DNA of 64,000 nt from Bispira polyomma (Eukaryota), in NCBI GenBank assembly GCA_965649765.1, contig OZ287759.1, positions 35,154,001-35,218,000 on the forward strand. Direction: 5' to 3'. The notes below the pieces were generated by a model. That model made no database searches. It was not told the DNA's origin and worked only from the letters and a program-made list of their open reading frames with translations. Numbering within the stretch: the first letter of the stretch is position 1; every line of letters begins with the position of its first letter. Both the position numbers and the translations under genes were made by a program. Below, piece by piece: positions 62,773 through 64,000 of this stretch.

Positions 62773-63099
62773 CCTCTCTGCCAGTAAGTTGCTGTCAGGA
62801 CAGCCACATCTTGGTTTCTCCATCCATTCCCTGGTTTCTGTGTCCACTTTTCCTGTTTCTGGCAGTCCCCACAGATGCTGGAAATTGCGTACACTCCTGG
62901 TATAGCTGGTGTCACCCGAGTGGGTGTATCCAAACTTCTGCAAGAAGACTTGGGTGTTGAGAGCGAGGGGGAGTGTTCCAGTGGAGGGTGGAGGATATCT
63001 GGGGTGAACTCTCCATTGAGGTAGGGATACACTCACGCTCACTATACCGGTCAGTATTACTACCGTCCAAGGGGTCAGTGGGAAGAGGTGACCACACAT
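62765..63099 (-). CDS. Matrix metalloproteinase exon 1 (signal peptide, propeptide, cysteine switch, furin site)
   Basis: MCGHLFPLTPWTVVILTGIVSVSVS...FLQKFGY...RNFQHLWGLPETGKVD...MEKPRCGCPD...RKKR; donor AAG|GTAAGA, phase 2; joined protein ~645 aa. Confidence 0.92.
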
Positions 63100-64000
63100 C
63101 TTTACATAAATTCCCACACGATTGTCTCTGATGCGTTATATCTCAGTTACTCCAGGAAAAAAATGTTTCACTAAAAATCTGTGCGCATTCAGATACTAAA
63201 ATACCATCTGCCATAGTTATAGAGACCGATTCTCACATAAGTAAATACATTTCACTACATGTTTTAAACTAGAAAGGTTTTTACTAACAAATCCTATACA
63301 ATGTGACCAACACTTCTGAATGACTAATAACTATAGAGAGAGCTTCTCATTTGAGTGAGTACTATTTCTCAAAGTCACTGGTCTGTGTCAACAATCCCAC
63401 ACTAGTCATGGTTACACTCATGCTTTAATACACACTCACTGCCTGTATTAATAGTCTAATTCAAATATTGTGAGTAATTCAGAATATCTCAGCTGTTTTA
63501 TCCCCTGGGTTCAGACATGCTGTGCTTCACATAGAATTATATAAAGGGATTTGGTGACTAAGGGACACTCTAAGCTATTTATAGCCTATCTATATATATC
63601 CCCAAATTGTCACAACTTCCATTCATACATTTCAAAAAGCTTTTTAATGAGTAGATCTGAATGAGTCTTTAGCTGAGTAGTTAAGTGAGTAGTGTCCCAC
63701 TTTGCTAGAGAATAACCAAATATGGTACTCAAATCCCACAAATTATCACATACCATAAACTACTGAAGAACTGCTTGAATGAATATTTGTACCACCAGGT
63801 CACTTATATTATGTAAATATCATTCTGTATATAAACTTTAAACAAAAAAATGTCTTCTTCGAAGTTGATTTAAACATATACTACAAAATAGAATAGGAAC
63901 TTATTTACTCAGTTTATAAGGAAGTGTGTGAGTTGAATTTCAGGGTTGTATACTGGATTTCCACTTCAATAGAAGATTTGTGCATAGTGTATGACATACT

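Noticed and set aside
63100-63117. MMP start at 63117
   Set aside because: That codon is GTG; the first ATG is at 63099 and directly precedes the hydrophobic signal.

Overview
AT-rich, intron-rich animal genomic DNA; gene and transposon content suggest a lophotrochozoan-like invertebrate such as an annelid or mollusc (inference). Four genes can be reconstructed by eye. (1) The first coding exon of a divergent SRF-type MADS-box gene (-, 588-1082). (2) A complete 15-coding-exon secreted matrix protein, signal peptide-vWA-vWA-vWA-EGF-vWA-EGF-vWA-EGF-vWA (+, 28003-45527, ~1295 aa, all splice phases compatible). (3) The last three exons of XPB/ERCC3 (-, 51052-53617). (4) A two-exon furin-activated matrix metalloproteinase (-, 58088-63099, ~645 aa) that appears to lie inside an XPB intron on the same strand. 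Intergenic DNA holds a decayed PIF/Harbinger element interrupted by a solo LTR, six young tRNA-derived SINE copies with TSDs, older SINEs, L2/CR1 LINE scraps, MITEs and Helentron-like insertions. The standout signal is that a dozen or more exon-intron junctions in three unrelated genes are each amplified into their own private tandem array. Each repeat unit is a copy of that very splice site (donor or acceptor plus a few exonic bases), and the arrays always extend into the intron, so the real site sits beside 1 to ~65 decoys. All coordinates and copy numbers were read manually and may be off by a few bases or copies.
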